Notes under the pieces: generated by a model
Told to the model about the DNA's origin: nothing
The model's database searches: none
Seen by the model: only the letters and a program-made list of their open reading frames with translations
Program-made: the position numbers and the translations under genes
Source of the DNA: a candidate division WOR-3 bacterium
GTDB taxonomy: Bacteria > Hydrothermota > Tepidihabitantia > SM23-42 > JAOAFX01
Assembly: GCA_039802265.1 (NCBI GenBank)
Contig: JBDRWI010000001.1
Span: forward strand, 1 to 64,000
DNA: 64,000 nucleotides
Direction: 5' to 3'
Shown: positions 37,201 to 46,739 of the stretch, piece by piece
Layout of the letters: every line of letters begins with the position of its first letter
Numbering within the stretch: the first letter of the stretch is position 1

Positions 37201-38535
37201 ATGAATCTGGATGAACGACTTCGGAATGTATCGGTAATCGGTGCTGCAGGAAAGATGGGAAGTGGAATTGCAGCATTGATTGCCCAGGAAATGTTGAGAT
37301 TGAAATTTGAAAATCCCGATAAGATATACCGGTTAAATCTAATTGATGTAAGTGAAAAAGGTCTTGATGGGCTGCGCGATTATTTAAAATCACAATTCAT
37401 AAGAACTGCAGAAAAGACGATTGTCTCGCTCCGTGATAAATATAAAAACCGACCGGACCTTGTGGAGAATGCAGAAATTGTTGATGCCTATGTGAACGAT
37501 GGGATGAAACTTTTGAACTTCGGCACCGAACTAACGCTGGCAAAAAATAGTCATTTAATATTTGAAGCAATAATTGAGGACGAAAAAATCAAGATAAAAA
37601 CTTATAAATCATTAAAGAAATTGGTTTCAAAGGATACCTTATTTTTGACCAATACTTCAAGCATACCGATAGGTTATCTTGATGAAAAATCAGGTCTTGA
37701 TGGAAGATTGATCGGTTATCATTTTTATAATCCGCCGGTCGTCCAGAAACTCGTGGAAGTGATATCATCAAAATACACAAAAAATGAATTAAAAGACATT
37801 GCCAGTGAACTTGGTAAGCGTCTTCGTAAAACACTCGTTCCGGCAAATGATATTTCTGGTTTTATCGGCAATGGACATTTTATGCGTGATGGTCTATTTG
37901 CCCTTGATGAAGTCTTAAGATTGAAAGGGAAATATAAGTTAACTGGTGCAATTTATATAATGAATCGGGTGAGTCAGGATTTCCTTTTGAGACCTATGGG
38001 CATATTCCAATTGATAGACTATGTGGGGATTGATGTATTCCAGTGTATTCTTAAAGTTATGCGCACCCATCTCGGTGCTGATGAATTGAAACACAAGTTG
38101 ATCGATAAGATGATGAAGAAGGGCATAAAGGGTGGGCAGTATCCTGATGGTTCGCAGAAAGATGGATTTTTAAAATACGACAAAAATCGTCCGGTGGGCA
38201 TTTATGATTTGAAAAAGGGTGAGTATTTTGTTATCACCGATGACTGGAAAAAGAAGGTTGATAAGCAACTGGGACCTTTGCCCGAAGGTTTTGCTCCCTG
38301 GAAGGCATTGCTCGGAGATAAAAATAAAGAAGAAAAATTAAAGGCTCATTTTTCTGCACTGAAAACTATGAATACACTTGGTGCCGAACTTGCCTTAAGT
38401 TACCTAAAGAGAACAAAGGAGATTGCCGAGAATCTTGTAAAACAGGGTGTTGCAAATTCAGCTGATGATGTCAATGCAGTTTTAACCAATGGATTTTACT
38501 GGTTATACGGACCGATAAATGAATATGCTAAATAA
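37201..38535 (+). CDS. 3-hydroxyacyl-CoA dehydrogenase family protein
   Basis: GAAGKMGSG, EAIIE, TNTSS, HFYNP and GFIGN motifs. Confidence 0.9.
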   Translation: MNLDERLRNVSVIGAAGKMGSGIAALIAQEMLRLKFENPDKIYRLNLIDVSEKGLDGLRDYLKSQFIRTAEKTIVSLRDKYKNRPDLVENAEIVDAYVNDGMKLLNFGTELTLAKNSHLIFEAIIEDEKIKIKTYKSLKKLVSKDTLFLTNTSSIPIGYLDEKSGLDGRLIGYHFYNPPVVQKLVEVISSKYTKNELKDIASELGKRLRKTLVPANDISGFIGNGHFMRDGLFALDEVLRLKGKYKLTGAIYIMNRVSQDFLLRPMGIFQLIDYVGIDVFQCILKVMRTHLGADELKHKLIDKMMKKGIKGGQYPDGSQKDGFLKYDKNRPVGIYDLKKGEYFVITDDWKKKVDKQLGPLPEGFAPWKALLGDKNKEEKLKAHFSALKTMNTLGAELALSYLKRTKEIAENLVKQGVANSADDVNAVLTNGFYWLYGPINEYAK

Positions 38536-38598
38536 AACACCTAAAAGTCAAAAATGCCTAAATACCTAAATTTTAATTATTTAAGTACTTAGTTTGCT
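38536..38598. repeat. short degenerate tandem repeats (CCTAAA units)
   Basis: acctaaa, gcctaaa, acctaaa, followed by loosely inverted units. Confidence 0.4.
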
Positions 38599-38616
38599 AT
38601 CTATACGGGAGGTTTT

Positions 38617-39864
38617 ATGCCTTTTTTAAGAAAAAAAATCTATGCCTGTGCCGGCTATAATACAATTGCCCTAGGCTCAGGTAGAAAAGAATTCCATCCC
38701 AAAAAACCAAGACCAGGAATTGAACACTATATCAAAGAAGCAGGACTTGGTGCAATAGAACAGATAAAAAATCCTGAACATATTGATGAAGGTGTGATTG
38801 GAAATTTTGTTGCGGATAGATTTTGCCGTCAGGGTAACCTCGGTGGTTTCTTTCCCTATGTCCATCCAACATTCCAATATAAACCCTGCATTCATGTTGA
38901 GGGTGCCTGTGATTCAGGTGGGCTGGCATTGGTTACTTCAGTTAAAAATATCCTTTCTGACCTCGCTGATGTTGTTTTATGTATCGGTGTTGAAGTCCAG
39001 AATACCGTGAAGGCACTGTATTGTGCTGATTATCTTGCGGCGGCCGGCTGGTATGCTGGCGAGAGAAAAAATGGTCATGCCTATTTCTTTCCCGACAAAT
39101 TTTCTGAACGCGCTGGTGCCTATATGAAGAAGTTTGGTGAACAGAAGACAAGAGAGGCAATGGCACAGTGGTATGTGAATGCGATTGAGAATGCAAGGAA
39201 AAATCCCAAGGCACAGGAGTATCACAATACAAACCCGGATTTGTTTAATACAGCAATGACAAAGCCAGACCCAAAGTCTTTTTGCGAATTTTTAAATTTC
39301 TATGACTGCTCAAAGGTATCGGATGGGGCAAGTGCCTTGATATTTGCCTCCGAAGAGGGATTAAAAAAGATCGGTGTTGATAAAAAGGATGCGGTGGAAG
39401 TTATTGCCTTTGCCCAGGTCCAGGATAATATCACCACCCCGCCACCGGATTTGACAAAACTGACGACCTGTGAAATAGCGGCGAAAAGGGCCTATGAAAG
39501 GGCAGGAATCAAACCGAATGATTTGAGTGTCCTTGAGGTCCACGATTGTTTTACCATTGCCGGTATAATGGCTATTGAGGCAGCCGGGTTTGCCAACTAT
39601 GGTGAAGGTGCAGATTTTGTGAAAGCAGGTAAGACAAAACCAGGTGGAATTATTCCGACAAATACTACGGGTGGTTTGATCGGCTATGGTCACCCAACCG
39701 GTGCCACTGGTGTCAGGCAGGCAGTTGATGTGGTCCATCAACTACTTGGTAAGGCGGGTGATTGTCAGGTGAAGATTGATTCCAGTAGACCCTATGGTAT
39801 GCTTTCCAGTATGGGCGGCAATGACAAGACCGTAGTTACAATGGTCTTTCGGAAAATAGAATAA
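38617..39864 (+). CDS. SCP2-type thiolase (acetyl-CoA acyltransferase)
   Basis: EGACDSGG catalytic Cys, plus EVHDCF and GHPTGATG. Confidence 0.9.
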   Translation: MPFLRKKIYACAGYNTIALGSGRKEFHPKKPRPGIEHYIKEAGLGAIEQIKNPEHIDEGVIGNFVADRFCRQGNLGGFFPYVHPTFQYKPCIHVEGACDSGGLALVTSVKNILSDLADVVLCIGVEVQNTVKALYCADYLAAAGWYAGERKNGHAYFFPDKFSERAGAYMKKFGEQKTREAMAQWYVNAIENARKNPKAQEYHNTNPDLFNTAMTKPDPKSFCEFLNFYDCSKVSDGASALIFASEEGLKKIGVDKKDAVEVIAFAQVQDNITTPPPDLTKLTTCEIAAKRAYERAGIKPNDLSVLEVHDCFTIAGIMAIEAAGFANYGEGADFVKAGKTKPGGIIPTNTTGGLIGYGHPTGATGVRQAVDVVHQLLGKAGDCQVKIDSSRPYGMLSSMGGNDKTVVTMVFRKIE

Positions 39865-39892
39865 ACTACAAATGTCATTGGTAGTTTTCTTA

Positions 39893-39925
39893 TTTAACCA
39901 ATTACCATTTAACCATCTAACCAGA
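39893..39925. repeat. tandem 8-9 nt repeats (TAACCA-like x4)
   Basis: tttaaccaattaccatttaaccatctaaccag. Confidence 0.5.
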
Positions 39926-39927
39926 CT

Positions 39928-40647
39928 GTGATCATCGGTTCCAAACTTTATTATCTTGAAGAGGTTGATTCAACAAATGATTATGCAAAGAGGATTGCAC
40001 CCACGGCACCTGATGGAGCAGTGGTCCTTGCCGAGATGCAGACAGACGGTAAAGGAAGACAGAACCGCAAGTGGTATTCGCCAAAGGGTGGACTTTATCT
40101 CTCGGTGATAACCAACCCTGAAAACGCTTCACTCATGCCGATTCTGGCCGGTGTTGCAATATGCGAGACATTCAATAATTATCATATTCTTTTGGGTCTC
40201 AAATGGCCCAATGATGTGATGTTGAATGAAAAAAAGGTTGCTGGTGTCCTAATAGAGTTCATTGACACCAGGTTAATCCTGGGTATTGGAATAAATCTTA
40301 ACATAACAAGTTTTCCAGAAGAAATAAGGGATAGGGCAACTTCAATATTTCTTGAAACCAAAAAGAAATTTGATAAGATGTCTATTTACCGAACCCTGTG
40401 TCTGGAACTTAACCAGTACTATACTATGCTCAATGATAAAAAGGATTCAACAATACTACAAAAGTGGAGGAATTATTCAGTTATCTTCGGAAGGAATGTC
40501 CTTGTGGAATTGCCCGATAGAAAGATTACGGGGCGTGCCATTGATATTGCCAATGATGGTTCTTTGATTCTAATGCTCCCCGAGGGTAAGGTTGAAAGAA
40601 TTTTCGCGGGTGAGTGCCAGGTCATAAAGACACAACCTCAGTGGTAG
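39928..40647 (+). CDS. birA: biotin-protein ligase (no HTH)
   Basis: STND, QTDGKGR, KWPND, KVAGVL and GIGIN motifs. Confidence 0.93.
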   Translation: MIIGSKLYYLEEVDSTNDYAKRIAPTAPDGAVVLAEMQTDGKGRQNRKWYSPKGGLYLSVITNPENASLMPILAGVAICETFNNYHILLGLKWPNDVMLNEKKVAGVLIEFIDTRLILGIGINLNITSFPEEIRDRATSIFLETKKKFDKMSIYRTLCLELNQYYTMLNDKKDSTILQKWRNYSVIFGRNVLVELPDRKITGRAIDIANDGSLILMLPEGKVERIFAGECQVIKTQPQW

Positions 40648-40698
40648 TGCGGTTTGGATTAAACCCATCGCTAAAAATACCGTAGCCGAGGAGTTGTT

Positions 40699-41118
40699 AT
40701 GTTTTATAAAAAATATCAAAATTATTATGTTCTGAGATTGCAAAGGGATGAAGAGATTATACAGTGTCTTACAGATTTTGCTAAAAAGACAAAGTTAGAA
40801 GGTGCATTCCTTTATGGACTGGGTGTTGGTAAAAGGCTTACCTTGGGCTATTTTGATGCACATAAAAAATCTTACATTAAAAAGCAATTCAAGGGTGAAT
40901 ATGAATTCACGAGTTTCCTCGGCAATATCTCTTATTTTGAAGAAGAGCCGGTCATCCATATCCATGTTACGATAACTGACAAAAGATTCAATGCCTATGG
41001 TGGGCACCTATTTTTCGGCTATGTCCCGGCGACGCTGGAGATAGTTATATTCCCATTTGACAAAAAATTGTTGCGTGAAAAGGATACTGATACGGGTCTG
41101 AATCTCCTAAAGATATAA
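40699..41118 (+). CDS. PPC/DUF296 domain protein
   Basis: GNIS, HIHV and GGHL motifs. Confidence 0.88.
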   Translation: MFYKKYQNYYVLRLQRDEEIIQCLTDFAKKTKLEGAFLYGLGVGKRLTLGYFDAHKKSYIKKQFKGEYEFTSFLGNISYFEEEPVIHIHVTITDKRFNAYGGHLFFGYVPATLEIVIFPFDKKLLREKDTDTGLNLLKI

Positions 41119-41167
41119 ACTGGATTTTTTATCTGATGATCGCAACTTTTATTAAAATGGTGCCCGT

Positions 41168-41677
41168 ATGATTCAGATATACACTGGAAACGGAAAAGGA
41201 AAGACGACCGCTGCGCTTGGTCTTGCCCTGCGCGCCATCGGACATAACAAAAAGGTAATAATGATTCAGTTTATGAAGGGCAAGATCAACTATGGTGAAT
41301 TGAAATCCGCCAGACTCTTAAAGAATTTTAAGATTGAGCAATACGGCCGGCCGGACTTTGTTGACAAAGACCATCCTGCCAGGATCGATATTGAACTTGC
41401 AAGAAAGGGATTTGAACGGGCAAAAGAGGTAATTAAGGGCAAGAAATACGATATCGTGATCCTGGATGAGTTGAATGTGGCGGTTGATTACGGATTGATT
41501 CCTGTCACAGAAGTTATTGAACTGTTCAAGAAGACACCCAAGAAGATTGAACTTATCATTACCGGTCGTTATATGCCTGAAGAATTTAAAAATTATGCAG
41601 ATTTGATAAGTGAGGTGATGGAGGTCAAACACTACTTTCAAAAAGGAACAAAGGCGAGGAAGGGAATTGAATATTGA
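41168..41677 (+). CDS. cob(I)alamin adenosyltransferase (CobA/CobO/BtuR family)
   Basis: YTGNGKGKTTAALG, QFMKG, ILDE, TGR and GIEY motifs. Confidence 0.93.
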   Translation: MIQIYTGNGKGKTTAALGLALRAIGHNKKVIMIQFMKGKINYGELKSARLLKNFKIEQYGRPDFVDKDHPARIDIELARKGFERAKEVIKGKKYDIVILDELNVAVDYGLIPVTEVIELFKKTPKKIELIITGRYMPEEFKNYADLISEVMEVKHYFQKGTKARKGIEY

Positions 41678-41701
41678 CATTAAAGAGAATTTTATTATAA
41701 T
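41674..41701 (+). promoter_or_regulatory. promoter TTGACA-N16-TATAAT for the rpoZ-coaBC-dnaB operon
   Basis: Perfect hexamers. Confidence 0.8.
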
Positions 41702-41868
41702 ATAATTCGGTAAGTTTTTACCAGAAATTGTAGGGTGGCTGCATAAAAATTAATGGCAAGGTTAAAAATTGCCAAGAAATCAAAGAGGAACCAATTGGAA
41801 CAGTTTTGGGAAAATCTAAATGATTCCGATTTTTAGTTATTTAGGTATTTGAGAGAGCAAGGAGGTAT

Positions 41869-42054
41869 ATGTTCTTTCCGATTGAGAAGATTTGGGAACA
41901 TTATAAAAATAAATATAAAGCAATAAATATTGGTGCATTGTATTCGCGAAAGTTAAAAGATGAACAGTCGCAGGGACTTGGAGATAAAGACATCAATCCG
42001 ATAAAAGAGTCTTTAATAAAACTTTCGCTGGGGAAGATAAAGGCAAAAGAATGA
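41869..42054 (+). CDS. rpoZ: RNA polymerase omega subunit-like protein
   Basis: 61 aa with NKYKAI..ALYSRKL and P...L..L..GKI patterns; directly before coaBC; AGGAGG SD. Confidence 0.7.
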   Translation: MFFPIEKIWEHYKNKYKAINIGALYSRKLKDEQSQGLGDKDINPIKESLIKLSLGKIKAKE

Positions 42055-43214
42055 AGGTTGTCTTGGGTATAACCGGTTCAATTGCTGCCTACAAGTCTTT
42101 GGAATTAATAAGGATTATAAAAAAGAACAAGGGCGAGGTTAAGGTTATTCTGACCCAATCCGCAACAAATTTCGTCACGCCGCTTTCCTGTCAGACCCTC
42201 GCTGAAGAGGAAGTCTATATTGACCAGTTTGTTTTAACAAAGGGAATGAAACATCTGAGTCTTTCAGAATGGGGTGATATCCTCGTTGTGGCGCCAGCGA
42301 CGGCTAATATAATCGGCAAAACTGCCTCAGGAATTGGCGACGACCTCCTTTCAACAACTATCATCTCCTTCCCGAAACCGGTGCTCTTTGTTCCGGCAAT
42401 GGATGAAGGGATGTGGGATAATAAGATTGTTACAAAAAATGTCCGGCATTTAAAAGAGTTAGGCTATCACTTCCTGGAACCGGTTTCTGGATTACTTGCC
42501 TCAGGTAAAATTGGTCGTGGTCGATTTCCGCCAATTGAGAGAATATACAAAAAGATCCAGACGATATTGGCAAATTATAGCACACTCTCCGGTAGGAAGA
42601 TTCTCATCACCGGAGGCAGAACCGAAGAAGATATTGACCCGGTGCGGGTTATTACCAATCGATCCAGCGGCCTCATGGCAAAGGAACTATATGAAGCAGC
42701 AGTCTGCCGTGATGCCCAAACAAGGCTGATTATGGGTGAGGCAGATATTCAATTATCAGACGAGACCGATTTACTAAGGGTACGCACCTCTGAAGAGATG
42801 CTTGAGGCAATGAAACAGAATATTCCCTGGTGTGATTATTTGATTATGGCGGCAGCGGTCGGTGACTACATCCCGAAGACCAAACTTACAAGCAAGGTTC
42901 ATACCGCAGCCCTGAAGATTGAACTCAGAAGAAATATCGATTTACTCCAGGCGGTTAAAAAAGACAAAAGGGATAAAATTTATGTGGGATTCTCCCTTGA
43001 GGATAGAAATCCTTTAAAAAGGGCAAAGGAAAAGTTGGTCAAAAAGGAATTAGATTTTGTAGTGCTCAATCCCATAAATGCAATTGGCAGTGACAGAATC
43101 TCACCTATTATCCTGAAAAGAGATGGCCGGATTTTTAATCTCGGGGTGATGAGCAAATGGGAACTGGCAAATAAAATCCTTGATGAATGTCTGTCTTTAA
43201 AAAATTCAACTTAG
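42051..43214 (+). CDS. coaBC: phosphopantothenoylcysteine decarboxylase/ligase
   Basis: GITGSIAAYK, APATAN, PAM, IDPVRVITNRSSG and AAAVGDY motifs. Confidence 0.95.
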   Translation: MKVVLGITGSIAAYKSLELIRIIKKNKGEVKVILTQSATNFVTPLSCQTLAEEEVYIDQFVLTKGMKHLSLSEWGDILVVAPATANIIGKTASGIGDDLLSTTIISFPKPVLFVPAMDEGMWDNKIVTKNVRHLKELGYHFLEPVSGLLASGKIGRGRFPPIERIYKKIQTILANYSTLSGRKILITGGRTEEDIDPVRVITNRSSGLMAKELYEAAVCRDAQTRLIMGEADIQLSDETDLLRVRTSEEMLEAMKQNIPWCDYLIMAAAVGDYIPKTKLTSKVHTAALKIELRRNIDLLQAVKKDKRDKIYVGFSLEDRNPLKRAKEKLVKKELDFVVLNPINAIGSDRISPIILKRDGRIFNLGVMSKWELANKILDECLSLKNST

Positions 43215-43226
43215 CCGGAACCCCTT

Positions 43227-44594
43227 ATGGAAGAGAGAAAAATCCCACCCCACTCCTTAGAGGCAGAAGAGGCGGTGCTTGGTGCTGCCCTGCTTGATGA
43301 GGTTGCAGTAAATAAAATCCTTGAAATTTTACAGGAAAGTCATTTCTATTCACCGGCAAATCAAAAAATCTTTCGCGCAATTGTTGAGCTCTTCAACCGT
43401 AATATTACACCCGACCTTATTACTGTGACCGACTGGCTTAAACAGAACAAGATGCTTGATGAGATAGGTGGTCCTGAATATGTCTCAAATATTGTAGCAA
43501 ATGTGATTACCACGGCGAATGTTGAACACCATGCCCGTGTCGTCCTTGATAAGGCAATAAAGAGAAGTCTGATTCGTTCTTCTATGGAGGTTTTAAAGAA
43601 TGCATTTGAAGATACCCAGCCGGCGAGTGAACTCGTGGATGAGGCACAGAATATGATATTTCAGATAAGAGAAAAGGGATTGAGAAAAGAACCAGTCCAT
43701 ATCAGGGAATATATTACCAAAATCCTTGAGACTGCAGAAAAGATGCGCGGTGAAAGACTGATAACCGGTGTTGAAACCGGGTACTACATCCTTGATGAGG
43801 TCACTTCCGGATTTCAAAAGGGCGATTTTATAGTAATTGCGGGTAGGCCAAGTATGGGCAAGACTGCGTTTGCCCTCAATATTGCTGCATTTGCGGCACT
43901 GAAGAACAATGTGCCAGTGGCAATCTTTTCGCTGGAAATGTCAGCTGAGGCACTGGTTAAAAGAATGTTGTGCACCGAGGCTGAAGTAAATATTAAAGAT
44001 TTGAGTCGTGGGAAATTGACGACCCAGGAGTGGGTTAATCTTTCAACCGCTGCCGGTAACCTCGACCGTGCGCCAATATTCATTGATGACTCAGCGAGTC
44101 TTACTGTCTTGGAATTAAAGACCAAGGCAAGGAGATTAAAGGCAGATAATGATATCCAGTTGATGATTATTGACTATCTCCAGCTCCTTGCCGGATCTTT
44201 TTCAAAACCCGGGATCTCAAGACAACAAGAAATATCAGAGATTTCACGCTCCTTAAAGGCACTGGCAAAGGAACTGGACCTGCCCCTTGTCGTGGTCTCG
44301 CAGTTATCAAGGATGCCCGAACAGAGGCATGAGGACCACCGACCCAGACTCGCTGATTTAAGGGAGAGTGGAGCAATTGAGCAGGATGCCGATGTTGTGA
44401 TTTTTATCTATCGTGATGAAATCTATAATCCTGATACAGAAAAGAAGGGTATTGCAGAAATCAATGTTGCAAAACAGCGTAATGGACCAACAAAAATATT
44501 TGAACTTGGTTTCATCGGTGAATATACCCGCTTCAGCAATCTGGCATTGAGGGAAGAGGCATTGCTGGAATTAGAGGAAAGTGAACCTTTTTAG
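43227..44594 (+). CDS. dnaB: replicative DNA helicase
   Basis: PPHSLEAE, GRPSMGKT, IDYLQL and DLRESGAIEQDAD motifs; no intein. Confidence 0.97.
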   Translation: MEERKIPPHSLEAEEAVLGAALLDEVAVNKILEILQESHFYSPANQKIFRAIVELFNRNITPDLITVTDWLKQNKMLDEIGGPEYVSNIVANVITTANVEHHARVVLDKAIKRSLIRSSMEVLKNAFEDTQPASELVDEAQNMIFQIREKGLRKEPVHIREYITKILETAEKMRGERLITGVETGYYILDEVTSGFQKGDFIVIAGRPSMGKTAFALNIAAFAALKNNVPVAIFSLEMSAEALVKRMLCTEAEVNIKDLSRGKLTTQEWVNLSTAAGNLDRAPIFIDDSASLTVLELKTKARRLKADNDIQLMIIDYLQLLAGSFSKPGISRQQEISEISRSLKALAKELDLPLVVVSQLSRMPEQRHEDHRPRLADLRESGAIEQDADVVIFIYRDEIYNPDTEKKGIAEINVAKQRNGPTKIFELGFIGEYTRFSNLALREEALLELEESEPF

Positions 44595-45318
44595 ACACAT
44601 CTACGATTTTACCGCATTCTTCGTTCGCAGTCTATTCTTTGTCTGGCAGTTAGGCAAATCAAAGGGCCGCATTGCGGAACAGATCTACAATGTCGGATTT
44701 GGTTCGCTACCCATTATCTTTTTGGTCTCAGCATTTTTGGGAATGGTAACAACCGTCCAGTTATCCTATCAATTGCTGGCATATCTCCCCAGATATTATC
44801 TTGGGGCTGCAATTGGCCGAATGGTCTTGATTGAATTAGGACCGGTTTTAACCGGCCTGGTGGTCTGCGGTCGCTGTGCCTCAGCAATGGCCGCCGAGGT
44901 TGGAACAATGAGGGTAACCGAACAGATTGATGCCCTTGAGGTGATGGCGATTGACCCTTATCGCTTCTTAAACTTTCCGCGAATACTCGGAACCTTAATC
45001 TCCCTACCCCTCCTTACGGTCTTTAGCGAATTTGTTGCAATCCTTACTGGTGCAGTCTATGGACACCTTTTCCTGAATATCCCTTTCAGTGTCTTCAATT
45101 ATGGCCTGGTAAGAAACTTCTTTCACCGGGATCTATTCGGCGGCTTACTAAAGGCTGTCCTCTTCTCTCTGGTTATATCAAACAGTGGTTGCTACTTTGG
45201 CTACAATGTAAAGGGCGGTGCCCGGGAGGTTGGAATCGCCACAACCTATGCCGTGGTTACCGCCTCAATTCTAATATTACTTCTGGATTTTATTGTAGCA
45301 CTGGTTGTCTTTGGATAA
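44581..45318 (+). CDS. mlaE: MlaE family ABC permease
   Basis: ELGPVL and AEVGTMRVTEQIDAL motifs. Confidence 0.92.
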   Translation: MNLFRHIYDFTAFFVRSLFFVWQLGKSKGRIAEQIYNVGFGSLPIIFLVSAFLGMVTTVQLSYQLLAYLPRYYLGAAIGRMVLIELGPVLTGLVVCGRCASAMAAEVGTMRVTEQIDALEVMAIDPYRFLNFPRILGTLISLPLLTVFSEFVAILTGAVYGHLFLNIPFSVFNYGLVRNFFHRDLFGGLLKAVLFSLVISNSGCYFGYNVKGGAREVGIATTYAVVTASILILLLDFIVALVVFG

Positions 45319-46006
45319 AATGATTGAGATAAAGGAACTTTCCAAAAAATTTGATGGCAATGTTGTCCTTGATCGCGTGAGCCTGACCATAAAGGATGGC
45401 TCGCTCGTCGTAATCTTGGGTCCCTCAGGAACCGGTAAGACGGTTCTTTTGAAATCAATATTGGGATTACTACCGGTTGATGGTGGGAGGGTAGAGTATG
45501 ATGGAAAGTCAATATTTGAACTCAAGCCCGCTGAGTTATACCAGCTTCGGAAACAGGTCGGCTTCGTATTTCAATCCGCCGCCCTCTTTGATTCAATGAC
45601 TGTCTATGAAAATATTGCCCTGCCCATAAGTGAGCATACTACACTTTCGCCAAAAAAGATAAAGGAAAAGGTAAAAAATATTCTTGAGATTGTTGGACTC
45701 CCCAATAAAGAAAGGCTCTATCCCCGCTCGCTTTCCGGTGGTATGAAGAGACTGGTTGCAATCGGCCGGGCAATCGCCCTTGACCCGAAATATCTATTTT
45801 ATGATGAACCAACAACCGGTTTGGACCCGGTGATGAAGGATAGGATTGTTCAATTGATAATAAATCTAAAACAGAATTACAAAAAGACTGGAATCGTCGT
45901 TACCCATGACCTCCAGACAGCGGAGGCAGTGGGTGACGAAATCTATATGTTAAAAAATGGTAAGATAAACAGATTAGAAGAGATAAAAAAGGAATTATAT
46001 GGATAA
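45305..46006 (+). CDS. mlaF: MlaF family ABC ATPase
   Basis: GPSGTGKT, ALFDSMTV, LSGGM and YDEPTTGLDP motifs. Confidence 0.92.
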   Translation: MSLDKMIEIKELSKKFDGNVVLDRVSLTIKDGSLVVILGPSGTGKTVLLKSILGLLPVDGGRVEYDGKSIFELKPAELYQLRKQVGFVFQSAALFDSMTVYENIALPISEHTTLSPKKIKEKVKNILEIVGLPNKERLYPRSLSGGMKRLVAIGRAIALDPKYLFYDEPTTGLDPVMKDRIVQLIINLKQNYKKTGIVVTHDLQTAEAVGDEIYMLKNGKINRLEEIKKELYG

Positions 46007-46739
46007 AGATATTAAAAAGACCATGGCTGGTGTCTATATAGTGGGAGGAATAGTTCTCTTTATCCTCTTTTATATCTGGCTTTCAGGAAAGATCGGACTG
46101 CGAGCAACCTATGATATAAAGGTTTACTTCTCGGATATTACCTGGCTAAGGCGCGGTGACCCCGTGATTATCTATGGAATTGAAAAGGGAAAGGTAAAGT
46201 CCTACCACATTGAAGGAGACAGGGTCCTCGTTACCCTGGCAATTGATAAGGATGTCCGACTGCCTGAAGATTCCAAGATTGCCATTCGCCTTGTCAATTA
46301 TTTAGGTTCTGACCGTTATATAAAGATTATCCCGGGTAAGGGAGATAAGATTCCTGAGGTCTATTATGGTACTGACGAGACCCTGCTCTTTGAGGCAATT
46401 GCGGCAAAATTGGATTCCATTACTGCGGTCTTTGACAACCTTTCATTACCCGATTTTAACAAATTGAGTTTTGATATCGTTCACCTTCTTGATGAGAATC
46501 TCCGCAGACTTTCTGAATCATTAAAAGAACCGAGTGAAAAGGTTAATGAACTCATCACGCGCATGGATATTTTGTTTGACTCCCTTACCGCCTTAACCGA
46601 GAAAGAAGGAACGGTCAATAAACTGATAAAGTCCGATGAATTGTATCAAGAAATCCTGGCAACGAATAAGGCATTGCGGGAACTTCTGGAGGATATAAAG
46701 GCAAATCCCGAGCGTTATATAAAGATAAAGGTGTTTTGA
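45999..46739 (+). CDS. mlaD: MlaD/MCE family protein
   Basis: N-terminal TM, then L..GDPV...G...GKV (MCE domain) and a helical tail. Confidence 0.85.
   Translation: MDKDIKKTMAGVYIVGGIVLFILFYIWLSGKIGLRATYDIKVYFSDITWLRRGDPVIIYGIEKGKVKSYHIEGDRVLVTLAIDKDVRLPEDSKIAIRLVNYLGSDRYIKIIPGKGDKIPEVYYGTDETLLFEAIAAKLDSITAVFDNLSLPDFNKLSFDIVHLLDENLRRLSESLKEPSEKVNELITRMDILFDSLTALTEKEGTVNKLIKSDELYQEILATNKALRELLEDIKANPERYIKIKVF

Noticed and set aside
43227..44594. Intein in DnaB
   Set aside because: Normal length (455 aa) with continuous helicase motifs.
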